This document shows positions 10,872-21,873 of a DNA stretch of 64,000 bases, one piece after another. The DNA is from Lingula anatina (Eukaryota > Animalia > Brachiopoda). Where the stretch lies: NCBI GenBank assembly GCA_051362555.1, contig CM120643.1, positions 18,232,848 through 18,296,847 of the forward strand, given 5' to 3'. The notes below the pieces were generated by a model. The model did no database searches. It was given only the letters and a program-made list of their open reading frames with translations, and had not been told where the DNA came from. The stretch's first letter is position 1. Each line of letters opens with the position of its first letter. The position numbers and the translations under genes were made by a program.

Positions 10872-12323
10872 ATGAGCTCTGCAACGAGCAATGAGACTGT
10901 ACTAGCGTTTTCTGCACGTTCTATTTTGAATGGAACTAGCCCGGAGACACATTATTGCAAATTACGACATGGCACTTGCGTTGCTTTTATTGTTGTGGAG
11001 AGCATATTATCTGGCGCAATCATCTTCGGTAACAGTGTCTTTATCGCTACTTTTCTAAAGTTCAAAGAATTACAAGTGCAGACCAATTATGCAATGTTCA
11101 GTCTTGCGATTGTTGATCTGCTCACCGGACTCCTTTTCGCACCGTTGAGTATTATTTCGACGTATCTGGTTGATATGGTGACGGATCTGCAGCGTTTGAG
11201 GTATGAAAAATTGTTTTGTCTTTTAAAGATTTTCATGGGCGGAAGTGTGCTCCTAGTGTCTTTCCTACATCAGTTACTCATTGCATTTGAGAGGTACATA
11301 AAAATATGTCGAAGTACTCGGTACCTACAAATGTTAAGCCGGAAGAGACACATAATGGCCATAATACTGACTTGGCTCTACGGCATTGCCATACATCTGC
11401 CCCCATTGTGTGGCTGGCACAGCTGGTCCCCGGACAAACAATGCAGGGCAAAGGACATCCAAAGGGAATTTACGCAATACGTGATTTTTCCACACGGGCC
11501 AATTTGTATTTTGGTGGTCTTTGGACTGTACGTTGCAATTTTCCGTCATGTCCATATTATAAAAAGAAGAATAAATGAAAGATTCGTCGCCGATAACCAA
11601 GCTGAAGTAAATGCTTCGCATCAAAATGCCCCGAGGATAACTCCGGTTCTATATGTACGTCCGCGGAGGGTGAGTCAGGGTGGAGAAGCTATAGCGTCAA
11701 CGTCGTGTGCACCATGCGAAATGCTCCAGCATCAACCCGGGGGAGCTGAGGCTCAAATACCGCCAACAAGCACGATACCGGACAGAGGGCAAGCAAATGA
11801 CGTTTCCATCTCAACCACTCGAGATGGACGTAGACCAAAGCTACCGCGAGCTGAAAGCCCGACAGAACCGATACCTTCCACGTCAAAATGCAACGTGGCA
11901 TTCACAACAAAAAAGCAAAATGAAGTCAAAGCCAAACATGAGTTATCGGTTGATCAAATCGAACACCTTGGTAGCGAATTCATCAATGAGGGACCAGCAG
12001 AACAAAGGCAAGAACTGCAGTCGCCCTCAGTTGCCGCCGATATTCCAGCGATTGTCACAGCTATGAACGGAATGGAGGTAAAAGTTTCTAAAATGACAGC
12101 CCTTACTGTATGCACACTTATAGTGTTGTTTCTTCCTAGTGTAATATTAGGGTCATCTGTAGGGCAGTCTGAAAACGACGGGGATCTTTTTGTTACTTTT
12201 TTAAACATTGCAATGGAATTAGTACTGCTTAGCTCAGCAGTCAACCCTTTCATCTACGGTTTGTTGAATACAAAGATCAGACAAGCAATGTTCAAATTAT
12301 TGAAATGCAATCATTTGAATTAG
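10872..12323 (+). CDS. Intronless orphan class A (rhodopsin-like) GPCR (GPCR1)
   Basis: Seven hydrophobic segments with GN (TM1), LAIVD (TM2), C3.25, ERY, W4.50, ECL2 Cys, a long ICL3, NPFIY and helix 8. The ORF track starts at GTG 10797; the first ATG is at 10872 (MSSATSNET), downstream of a TATATATA at ~10826. Confidence 0.92.
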   Translation: MSSATSNETVLAFSARSILNGTSPETHYCKLRHGTCVAFIVVESILSGAIIFGNSVFIATFLKFKELQVQTNYAMFSLAIVDLLTGLLFAPLSIISTYLVDMVTDLQRLRYEKLFCLLKIFMGGSVLLVSFLHQLLIAFERYIKICRSTRYLQMLSRKRHIMAIILTWLYGIAIHLPPLCGWHSWSPDKQCRAKDIQREFTQYVIFPHGPICILVVFGLYVAIFRHVHIIKRRINERFVADNQAEVNASHQNAPRITPVLYVRPRRVSQGGEAIASTSCAPCEMLQHQPGGAEAQIPPTSTIPDRGQANDVSISTTRDGRRPKLPRAESPTEPIPSTSKCNVAFTTKKQNEVKAKHELSVDQIEHLGSEFINEGPAEQRQELQSPSVAADIPAIVTAMNGMEVKVSKMTALTVCTLIVLFLPSVILGSSVGQSENDGDLFVTFLNIAMELVLLSSAVNPFIYGLLNTKIRQAMFKLLKCNHLN

Positions 12324-12954
12324 AAAACGAGTTCGAAGATATCCTTTTATCCAGCTGAGGTCTTGAGTTACTTTGTCAATATCTGTGCGATATTCCAGAA
12401 TATTTTTTTTTTCATTTTTGGTTCTTGTTCATAAAGGGACATTTCCAATACTTACAATGTAAGACGTTCTGTTTATTGACGAGTCTATAATAACTTACTG
12501 TATCAGAGTAAAATTTTTACCATTTTATCTATGAATTTATTCATTTAATAGCTTGCCACAGAATGCATAATTAATGGACTACATCCAATGTATAACACTT
12601 GAATTGCAACTGAATATAGCGTAAATGTTTCACACCTGCAGGTATGCAACTGTTCAAAAGATTTTGGAACATTTGGGACATTACAAAATTTATCTTGTAT
12701 CCCAAATTGTATATTAAATGATATATTGGCGGAGTAGGTTCGATTCCCACTCAGAATCGATTTTTCTTGTATGTTTTTAATTATCAAATCGTGTATAGGG
12801 GCCTACTAATCTCTTATTAGGGTTCAATGATTGATGTGCCGGGTATCAGCTTGTCATATGTGATGTGAACTATACTTAGGTGTTGATAAAGGTGTAGAAT
12901 ACTAATGTATTCAGCCTAATTGCAATAACCACACTTGGTGGAAATATTTTTTAA

Positions 12955-13440
12955 AAATGCAAAGTGTTGAATTTCCTCATTGCTAATCGTTGTGGTTCAT
13001 TAATATCGTGGACTCAATATTCATGGTTTTCCGTTTAAGTCTTGTCGATGTATTTGTTTTGTTATGTGAATTTACTGAACATACAGGATTGCGGTAGAGT
13101 TGGAATTTGCGGACAGCTGCCCAGGAATATTTTGCATTGGTACTTTATAGCAAGCTCATTATTAGTGCAATTATCTCCAACTTGTTGCGGGGACATTATT
13201 AGTTGACATCATTAACAGTATATAGGGAAATAAAGATCCAATAAGCCATAAGCATTGCTTCCAATTTTACTGGTACAACATGTAACTGTTGGTGCTAATT
13301 CATGATCTCATTCGAGCAATTTACTAAAGATGACAAATAAGCCAAGTAATAGGCTACCCCACAAACAATCTAACATAAGCATTATAGGCATTTATCTTAT
13401 TGCGGAAACAAGACATTATTCAAATTGCGAAAGTAATAGT
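12955..13440. repeat. Diverged duplicate of sequences flanking GPCR2
   Basis: 12955-13082 resembles 16551-16663; 13085-13177 closely resembles 18485-18574; ~13200-13440 resembles ~19310-19600 (shared atttatcttattgcggaaac). Confidence 0.75.
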
Positions 13441-15099
13441 ATGAGATTGGAATTATTCAATTCATTTGTGTTAAGAAACTGCATGCATTTCAGTTTGCGT
13501 ACATTCTTGTTACTGTTCATTAATTGGTGTGTTTTAGAAAACGAGATGCATCACCGAAACCGACTAAATGAAAAAGTCGTGTTCTGGAATCCCTTATGTG
13601 CAACCCCTCCCCCTCTGTGTATTACTTTTTTCTGAATTTGTTGATGAAGGACTTTTTGAATGATATCTTTTACCGCTGACATATATAAACCCATCTTCCT
13701 TTGCTACCTCTCCTGCCACAATCGTAGAATCGATAAAAATATTACTGCTGAAAAAGGATAAGTGCAAATAATTTGTATGAACGGCGACTGCGCACAAGGA
13801 AAAATTATCAGTGCCAGCTGAATCCTATTTCGGAATAATTATGAGAGATTGAAAAAAAATTTTGCGGGTGGTGGGTTTATGGAGGTAATGATGTGGGGGT
13901 GATACAGTTTAACCCTTCCCCCACTATGCGTTCGGTATCTTTTAAAAGATTCAAGCGGTTTAACTTGAATGAAATAAGTCCGACGTTGTACGTGACTCGC
14001 CTATATCAATGCATTCAAAGCAAATGATAATTACAATTTTTGAAGATAGCAATCTTTCAGTCTAAGTTTAAACGATTCCATAACACTTTTATTTCTGATT
14101 ATATCACACATTTCTAAAACCGTATTTAAGAAGTAATTTTTTGTTTGTTGCCCCTGTAACAATTTCATTTAATTTCAATAAGCTTACTTGAAATAAATGT
14201 CTAAAATTAGTCTTTCATAAACTTTATTGGGGTTTGATGAACCATGGATTATTATTATCTTTAACATTTTTGCTTCAAGGAATCCATCAACGGCAAATTT
14301 CTATGATTGTGATATTTGTGACCAGGTGAGTTTTTCATAACGCAATCACCCAGTTGTATGTGATGTGAGCCCAATTTTAAGTGTTAATAAAGGTATAGAA
14401 TATAACTTTTTTTGGCAAATTCCGTCATAGCGCAAATTAAAAAAAAACGTATCACAATAATTAACTTATTTTCGACAGAAATCACGAAAACAAAACACGC
14501 ATCACACAATAAACTTTATATTTATGCAAAACGAAGGATACATTGTGCTTTTTATCTTATAGAAGTACGATAATGAATGATATAACATATCGTGTACATG
14601 ACGTCATATTTCCTCTACGAACAATTAATTATTTAAGACATTGAGTGTAACGTTACTGAAATTGAGTGCACTTGTACACTTTCTTCTTGTACTGGAATCC
14701 TTTAGGTGCCACCCTTCCTGTCTGTATATCACCTTTTTTTTCTGATGAAAGACTTTGAATGATATCTTTTCCGCTATTTATTATTAATATCTAGACTATA
14801 TGATATCTTTATTCTATATGCCCTTGATGATAGTGTGTACGTCATACCAAATAAAGGTCTATTACATTTTCGTTCAAAACCAATGCATTTAAATAGATAA
14901 ACTGTTGCTCATACAATATATTTACAAATTAAACATCTAATGATAATATTTAGTGAAATCTTTTACATACGAAATTGACAAAAAGTGTTACATTATTTTG
15001 TCAAATATACGGTACATAAATGATACTGTGAAGTTTTATTCCTGCCTCTTTTCAAAGTGTCATCAAAGAGAAGGAAAGAATGGTTATTTGTACTCAAGA

Positions 15100-16554
15100 T
15101 TACACATTCCCCCTATTTATTTTTTCATATTCTGCCTCCTCTCTTAGCTTCGAAAGACCCCCACCACCCACCCCACATGAAAATGGAAATAAATGCGCAT
15201 CTCAATGAAATGCCAGATAAAAAAACAAAAACGTGTTTGTCCTGGCCACTTCTTCTACATTCTACCCCAATCCTTACTTAGCAAAATTCTGGAACTACCA
15301 TTGATCGACTTTTTGTGTATAATATATTACAAAAATAGATATACATGTATACACATGCACGTCATACAGTAACATGTCATATTACCCTGCCAATTAAATT
15401 CATCAAGAAAGTAATAAGTTTTAAATCATTTTTAACAAACACAATAATAAATGATTCTTGCAGTTTTGTGAAAACAAGCGTTACGCCAAAGAATTAAAGT
15501 AACGAACTAACAATCATTATTTACTTCATATGAACTACAAGATAAATACAGCAAATAACCAATCCACAAAGTCATATATTTGCTCAACCAACCTAACCAT
15601 TACACTACCTAACCAATTAAAAAAAAAAAAAGAATCACAAAAGTGCTGCGTACACCATATTATTGTGCGACTTTACTTCAGACATAATACGTGTTACAGA
15701 TAAATCTACAGATTGTGAAATGTGTTTACTGCTAATTACCTTGATTTATTCACAATGAATATAACGCTGTTGAATAAACATTACCCCTCTATTTTTTTGT
15801 ACTCTGCCTCCTCCCTTAGCTTCGGGGGACCCCCAACACCCACCCCAAATAGAAATGCGCATCTCAGTGAAATGGCAGATAAAGAGACAAAAAAGTGCTT
15901 GCCCCGACCACTCCTTCTACCCCAAGCCTCACTTAGCAAAATTCTGGACCTACCATTGTTCAGATTAAACGGTTGTTGATTATGTAAGTGGCACACATTT
16001 TGAGAATTCTGAGGAAATTATACTCAGAAGTGCGAATAAAGTGCACCTTAAGATACAATGCTACATACTTTTTGTACGTGCCCAACTTTTCGTGTATAAC
16101 ATATATCAAAAAATAGATATACATGTATAGTAATACGTCATATTACCATGCCAATTAAATTCATCATGAAAGTAATAGTAATTAAGATTTAAATCATTTT
16201 TAACAAAAAAAAAAAAGGAAAAAAAAAACAATAGTAAATGATCCATGCAGTTTTTGTGAAAACATATGTTACGTCAAAGAATTAAAGTAACAAACTAACA
16301 ATCATTATTTACTTGATATGAACTCCAAGATAAATACAGAAAACCAATCCACTTTGTTCCATAAAAGTTTACATTACCTAGCCAACCTAACCATTACATT
16401 ACATGACCACCACCCCCTCTCCAAACAAAAAAAATCAACAGTGCTGCATAAACCATATTATTGTGCGACTTTACTTCAGACATTATACGTGTTACAATAA
16501 ATCTACAGATTGTGAAATGTGTTAACTGTCAATTACCTTGATTCATTCTCAATG
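15100..16554. repeat. Tandem duplication of a ~660-bp unit
   Basis: Copy 1 ~15100-15756 and copy 2 ~15781-16554 share many blocks (aaatgcgcatctca, acttagcaaaattctgga, ccatattattgtgcgactttacttcagaca, taaatctacagattgtgaaatgtgtt). Copy 2 has an extra ~125 bp near 15958-16082. Confidence 0.9.
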
Positions 16555-17209
16555 CAGGTTGTGCTGTTGGATGACTTCGCTACTAATGCAAACCGTGTTC
16601 ACAATATGTTCACAATATTCATCTAGTCGATGTATTTGTATTGTAACGTAAATTAATTCAACATTAGAAATCATTATTCCAAAACAATTCACAAATTTAA
16701 TGTTACATTACACCGTTAAGCATTATATATCCCGGTGCACAAATCCCTGGGAGCTTAGTCTTTCATCTCTCAGTCATCAATCAAATGTTGGTAAATAAAA
16801 CACCTTAGCCTCACAAAATGTTGCCATAACAAAAAAGGGGTATCAATTTCTTTAAAAGTTGTACCTGAAACGCACAACATTTTACTCATCTTTCCGCTAA
16901 CAATATATTTTTTTACCATAAAAAATCAAGATAGTCAATTATATTGTGACCGTATGTTTATCATATTCACTTCACTCATATGAAGTACGTGTACTGCAGC
17001 TGTGTTATAACAATAAATGAAAAATTAATAGAAAAAAGAAAACAAAAAAGGAAAAAAGGAATGCTTCTCTATTCATATACCGATAGTTACTAAGGTATCA
17101 TAGGCAGGCTTAGAATATTTAGTAGCCGGATTGTCTCAAAGTTTAAAAATTGAGTCCTAAAACAAGCCTCTGTACTTTTGTGGTACAGAACAAGAAATGG
17201 GACCCACTC

Positions 17210-18460
17210 TTATTTACCACATCTTAAAGATGCCAACATTGCTTTTCTAATTTCTCTATTCAGTATGCCGTATATAAAAGGATTAATAGCCGAACTTACA
17301 AAGAGACATTCGACAGCTATGTTATAAATAATACCAAAAAGTAATTTGTTGTCGTCAAAGTATTTCTCGGTCAAGATTATGATTACATTTGGAATAAATA
17401 GCAATATGAAAGTACCCACCACTACAGCGGTCATTTTTGCTAACTTAATTTCCATTTGGTTTAAGGATCTCCCCGCAGGTTTGGCACTGCGGGAGGCTTG
17501 GATTGGTGACTTCGAAGTGTGGACCCTCTCTTCTGCTTTGACTGAAGCACCGCCGCCACCATGGCTTTCCTCTCGAAAACACGTGGTCTGCTCAGTATTT
17601 GGAACCGACGATATATCCCCCTTAGACGAAACGCTCAGATCTAATGTAGTGACACTAGTGCAAGCGATCGGCGTTTCTGAAATCCCCTCATTATCTTCAG
17701 ATGTTGAGGACTGTCGGTGGACATTTTTGACACGCTTCTTTTTGTTGTTGGCAGCGTGTTTCTTCATCCGTTTTCTGTGACGCAGCACATGGGAGAAGAT
17801 GGCCATATACAGTCCAAACACTGCCAATATGCAGATTGGTTCATGCGGTATAATGACGTACTGCACATGCTGTTGTTGAACATGAATAGCCCGGCATTCT
17901 TTTCCAGGTGACCAGTTATTCCAACCAAACAAAGGAGGGAGGTTTATGGCTATCCCGTAGATCCATGCCAGGATTATGATGATAACAAGCCTCTTCTTAG
18001 AAAACATAGTTATGTACAGGGTACTTCGACAGATCTTGACGTATCTTTCGACTGCAATGAGCAGCTGGTGAGAGAAAGATACGAACATCACACCAACCCC
18101 AATACTAACCTTTCCTATACAAAAGTATTTTTCCGACGAAAGGTACCTTAGAGCCGGCACATTGTCCATAAGATACCCGCTTATGATAAATATCGGTATG
18201 ACTGTAAGTCCCGTGAGGAGGTCAACAACTGAGAGGCTGATCAAGAGGTAATTTGACTGTTTTCGAAGCTTCTCAAAACGTACAAATGCCAAAATGAAGA
18301 GGCCGTTGCCTATAATTGTTGCCAATGCCAGAATGACTTCGACAGTGACAAATGGAATGCATGTCAACCCAATGCAAGACCGTGTCTCCGTTGATGCTTT
18401 ACTTTCGTTAAGAGTCAAGTTACCGAAATCCTCTTCTTCTTCAAGTGTAACGTTCTCCAT
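17210..18460 (-). CDS. Intronless orphan class A GPCR (GPCR2), paralog of GPCR1
   Basis: Same 7TM motifs, with shared blocks such as HQLLIAxERYxKICRST, WSPxKxCRA, QYVIxPHxPICIL and SSAxNPFIYG. The ORF track starts at 18535, but TATAAA (minus strand, 18542-18547) is too close to that ATG, so ATG 18460 (MENVT) is preferred. Confidence 0.92.
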   Translation of the reverse strand: MENVTLEEEEDFGNLTLNESKASTETRSCIGLTCIPFVTVEVILALATIIGNGLFILAFVRFEKLRKQSNYLLISLSVVDLLTGLTVIPIFIISGYLMDNVPALRYLSSEKYFCIGKVSIGVGVMFVSFSHQLLIAVERYVKICRSTLYITMFSKKRLVIIIILAWIYGIAINLPPLFGWNNWSPGKECRAIHVQQQHVQYVIIPHEPICILAVFGLYMAIFSHVLRHRKRMKKHAANNKKKRVKNVHRQSSTSEDNEGISETPIACTSVTTLDLSVSSKGDISSVPNTEQTTCFREESHGGGGASVKAEERVHTSKSPIQASRSAKPAGRSLNQMEIKLAKMTAVVVGTFILLFIPNVIIILTEKYFDDNKLLFGIIYNIAVECLFVSSAINPFIYGILNREIRKAMLASLRCGK

Positions 18461-18539
18461 CTTGTAAATGGACTTTCGATAGGAGATTCCGGTAGAGTTG
18501 AAGATTTCCGACAACTGCCCAGGAATCTCTGACATCGGT

Positions 18540-18552
18540 ACTTTATAGCAAG
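18540..18552 (-). promoter_or_regulatory. TATA box of GPCR2
   Basis: Minus strand reads cttgcTATAAAgtacc, about 85 bp upstream of ATG 18460; the element is retained in the duplicate at 13142-13149. Confidence 0.5.
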
Positions 18553-19019
18553 CCCATTATTAGTGCAATTATCTAAATACAATTACAATAATTGTATTTA
18601 GATATTATTATTATTATTATTATTGATAGGTAACGAATCTTCTTAGGGCTAATGAATGAGTCGTGTTATTATATACATATACATGCTTAATGAACAAGCT
18701 TAAACGACAATCAATGACGCTCCGACCAAGCATGAAATAATTGTTATTACACCTGAGGAATTGCTACTTCTAGTGAGTCCAACATTTAGTGGACGTCGAA
18801 GGCGAAGACACAGTGTAAGTTTTACTTCCGATATACTTGTATATCTGACCTGACTGACCGGTGTGCGTTATCAAATATTGGTCACAAAGGGTTATTTGAA
18901 ATAAATGTCCAAAACGAGTCTTTCATGCGGTTAAAAAGAAACATTTCCCTGAGTTGTGAAGTATTCAGACAGCTGTCCAAGAATGTCGTGTGTTTTGGCA
19001 CATTATAGCAAGTCATTTT

Positions 19020-19330
19020 TGGTGCAATTATTACAAAACGAATGATGGAAAATTACCAGTTGTTATTATTATTTGGTTCTTAATAATGACAAGGAATTGT
19101 ATTCCTTCATTCGTTTTGGTGCAATCATTACAAAATGAATGAAGGAATATTATTACTTGTCTTTATTATTTGGTTCTTAATAATGGCAAGTAATAATATT
19201 GTTCATTTGTTTTGGCGCAAATATTGCAAAACTAATGAAGGAATGTTATTAGTTGTCATTATTAACTAATAATATTCCTTCATGCGTTTATTACAAACCA
19301 AACGAAGGAATATTATTAGTTGTCATTAGG
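19020..19330. repeat. Local array of direct and inverted short repeats
   Basis: Recurrent aatgaaggaatattattagttgtcatta-like units, their reverse complements (taatattccttcat) and ttttggtgcaat units. Confidence 0.75.
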
Positions 19331-21873
19331 GGCATATATTAACTGCATGTACGTAACTATCGCCAAACTCCAATAAGACCTCATCATCGCTTTGATTTAT
19401 ACTGTAAATTGTAAGTGCTGATTTATCATCCGATTCAAGATATTGAAAAATTACAGTTGCACATTGATGTCGCTGGCAAATAAGTATGATTTGTTCCATA
19501 AACAATTATAAATCTAATAGACATAACTGAGAGATAATTGAAACATGTACATGTATTTATCTTATTGCGGAAACTAGAAATTATTTCAATTGCGAGAACA
19601 ATAATATGTGGTTAAAGCGATTATGCAATTTATTTGGGACCAGAAACCACCCAAATTGCAATCCACGCAAAAAAAGTATGGCTTAGGTTGCCATCTCACC
19701 AACTGCAATCGAAGCCATTGATGAGACCATACTGCTGAAGAGGAATTCCTTAGGATATCAATCGTTATAGGCCTACGATACATGGACTTATGACCTACGT
19801 GAATGGATGTTATCTTTGCAGATAAAGGAGGCAGCTGTGACAGGAATGGTAGTCCTAAGAATGGAAATACGCGGTCCGATATGATTAGTATAGGCTAGGG
19901 TTAGGCGAAATATCGAAAGTCACCCGTGCAAAGTAATGGGGACGGACTACGGTTCCTACATTTGGTTTAGAATAAAATTGGGTGAAGTTGGTGGGCAATG
20001 TCGGGAAAGAGGACATCCCTTAATTATGATGGTGATGATGATGATGATGATGATGCTGATGCTGGCCAAGCACACACATGGCCTTGCTGGACTGGATTAT
20101 AAATACCCCGACTGGCTGGTAAGGATACCTGCGCTCGAAGCTCATAGTGTGTCTTGGGTTTTATCTAAGTTTTCCGTTGTATACTACATGCATACGCCCG
20201 TATCGTTTCTTGCCTTCTACATAAATTGCTAATGAATATCCTAAATGAATAACGAATGTGGATACCAGTTTGTTTAAATCGCAAATGATACACAGTATTT
20301 GTATTATATTTCAAGAAGCATCGGCAGAAGATTGCTTTCATTATATTAAATATATATTGCCACCGCTTTTTTTTCACAAAAAGTACATTTGCTTGTGAAT
20401 ATTAAAGGAGTGGACGGTAGCTTTGGTAAAATATAGCATAGTTGGCTAGGTGTCCGATCTTTATATCACAATACATACGTTGTTTGGTCGTTGTATGATA
20501 CATCATGCGACAGGCACACGTGTACGCGCGAGCGACAAATCAAGCGTACACAAGTGCACACGCAGAAGAAGAAAGCTATCAAACATATGGGATGCAAAAG
20601 TAAAAAAATATTTTAGCAAATTATGTGACTGTCCGTTAGAAAGACGTTAGACTAAATTATCTTTTGGGAGGCAATTGATAAATCCAAAATGGCCATCAAG
20701 AGCCAGAGAAATGCTTCAGTCTTAGTTTTGGAATAAGTACATTTCTTATTAAATTGATATTTCAATGAAGTAAGTATAGAACCCTATGATCAAGGCAAGC
20801 AGAAACTCTGCGAAATTAAGACTTTCACCAATTGAATAACGTAGACACACATTTACCTTGTATAAAAGGCCTATAATCTTTAGTCATACTGGCATTTTAA
20901 CTATACATGAGTTAAATACTTGGCAACCACAATGCATTCCATCAAAGACCATTAGAATATAAACTTATTAGATATTGCAGTAATCAGAATTGTAGTGAAA
21001 TGTCGATACTTTGACACAGTCCATGGTCTGAGCATTCTTGCAACCATGGGTATCATTTAAAAATACACATGCGTGAACAAATCACGTGTTTGTGTTCAAT
21101 CGATTACCTTAAGAATCAGTAATAATAATGAAAATGCGAGGCCACTGGAGCAAAACATTAAATAGCCGTTATACCTTGTGAGGAATCGAGTAAAAATAAA
21201 CAGATTTTTAAAACACTGAGCAGTGCTTACTTTAAACGGACGAATGAATCACAGTGCTTTTACCGGTTTGTTTCCACATATACAAGTACTGTGCCAACTG
21301 TCGAGCAAAATCTAGGCAAGCGTTGTTAATTATAAAAACCCTACAAGGTGACCTCCATGTATGTTTTGATATTACATGAGAGGGATTAAAATAACCTTGT
21401 CATGTTATATTTTAATCCTTTCATGTCGTGGAGAAAATTATTGAATGCCATCAATACATTGCAAAATGGGTTGGTTATAGCTACCTGATTTGTTCCTGAT
21501 GGAACTTCATTCTATGCAGTATTAATGACAGATTGCGAGGCCCTGGAAGCATCTCTCATATACGAGGTCATATATAAACTTTATTCCACTTGAATTTACA
21601 ACATTTAAACTTCCTAACTAATCCTACAGCTGCTGCCAGCTAGACAAATTCAGGCATTCGCTTTTGCCTATATTGGATGGCAGTATTATCCCGCTGAGCC
21701 TCAACGATTCAAGCGACGTCAACTAACTCTCGCCGACAGTATTGTATTGAACGTAGTCGACCAATCTTGGCTGACTCGATTCACCGATTTATACGTGTCT
21801 ACATAAGCGCAAGCGAGTCGCTGCATTGCGTGATACCGCAGTCTGCGAGTGAAAAATCTTCCAATATTCCAAT

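Noticed and set aside
12725-12755. GGTTCGATTCCC B-box-like motif suggesting a tRNA
   Set aside because: No A-box or cloverleaf could be built around it.
11306-17911. Overlapping alternative-frame and antisense ORFs within the two GPCR genes
   Set aside because: Shadow ORFs of real coding sequence with no recognisable motifs.
17210-18460. Possible opsin or biogenic-amine receptor identity
   Set aside because: No TM7 Lys at 7.43 and no Asp at 3.32 in either paralog.
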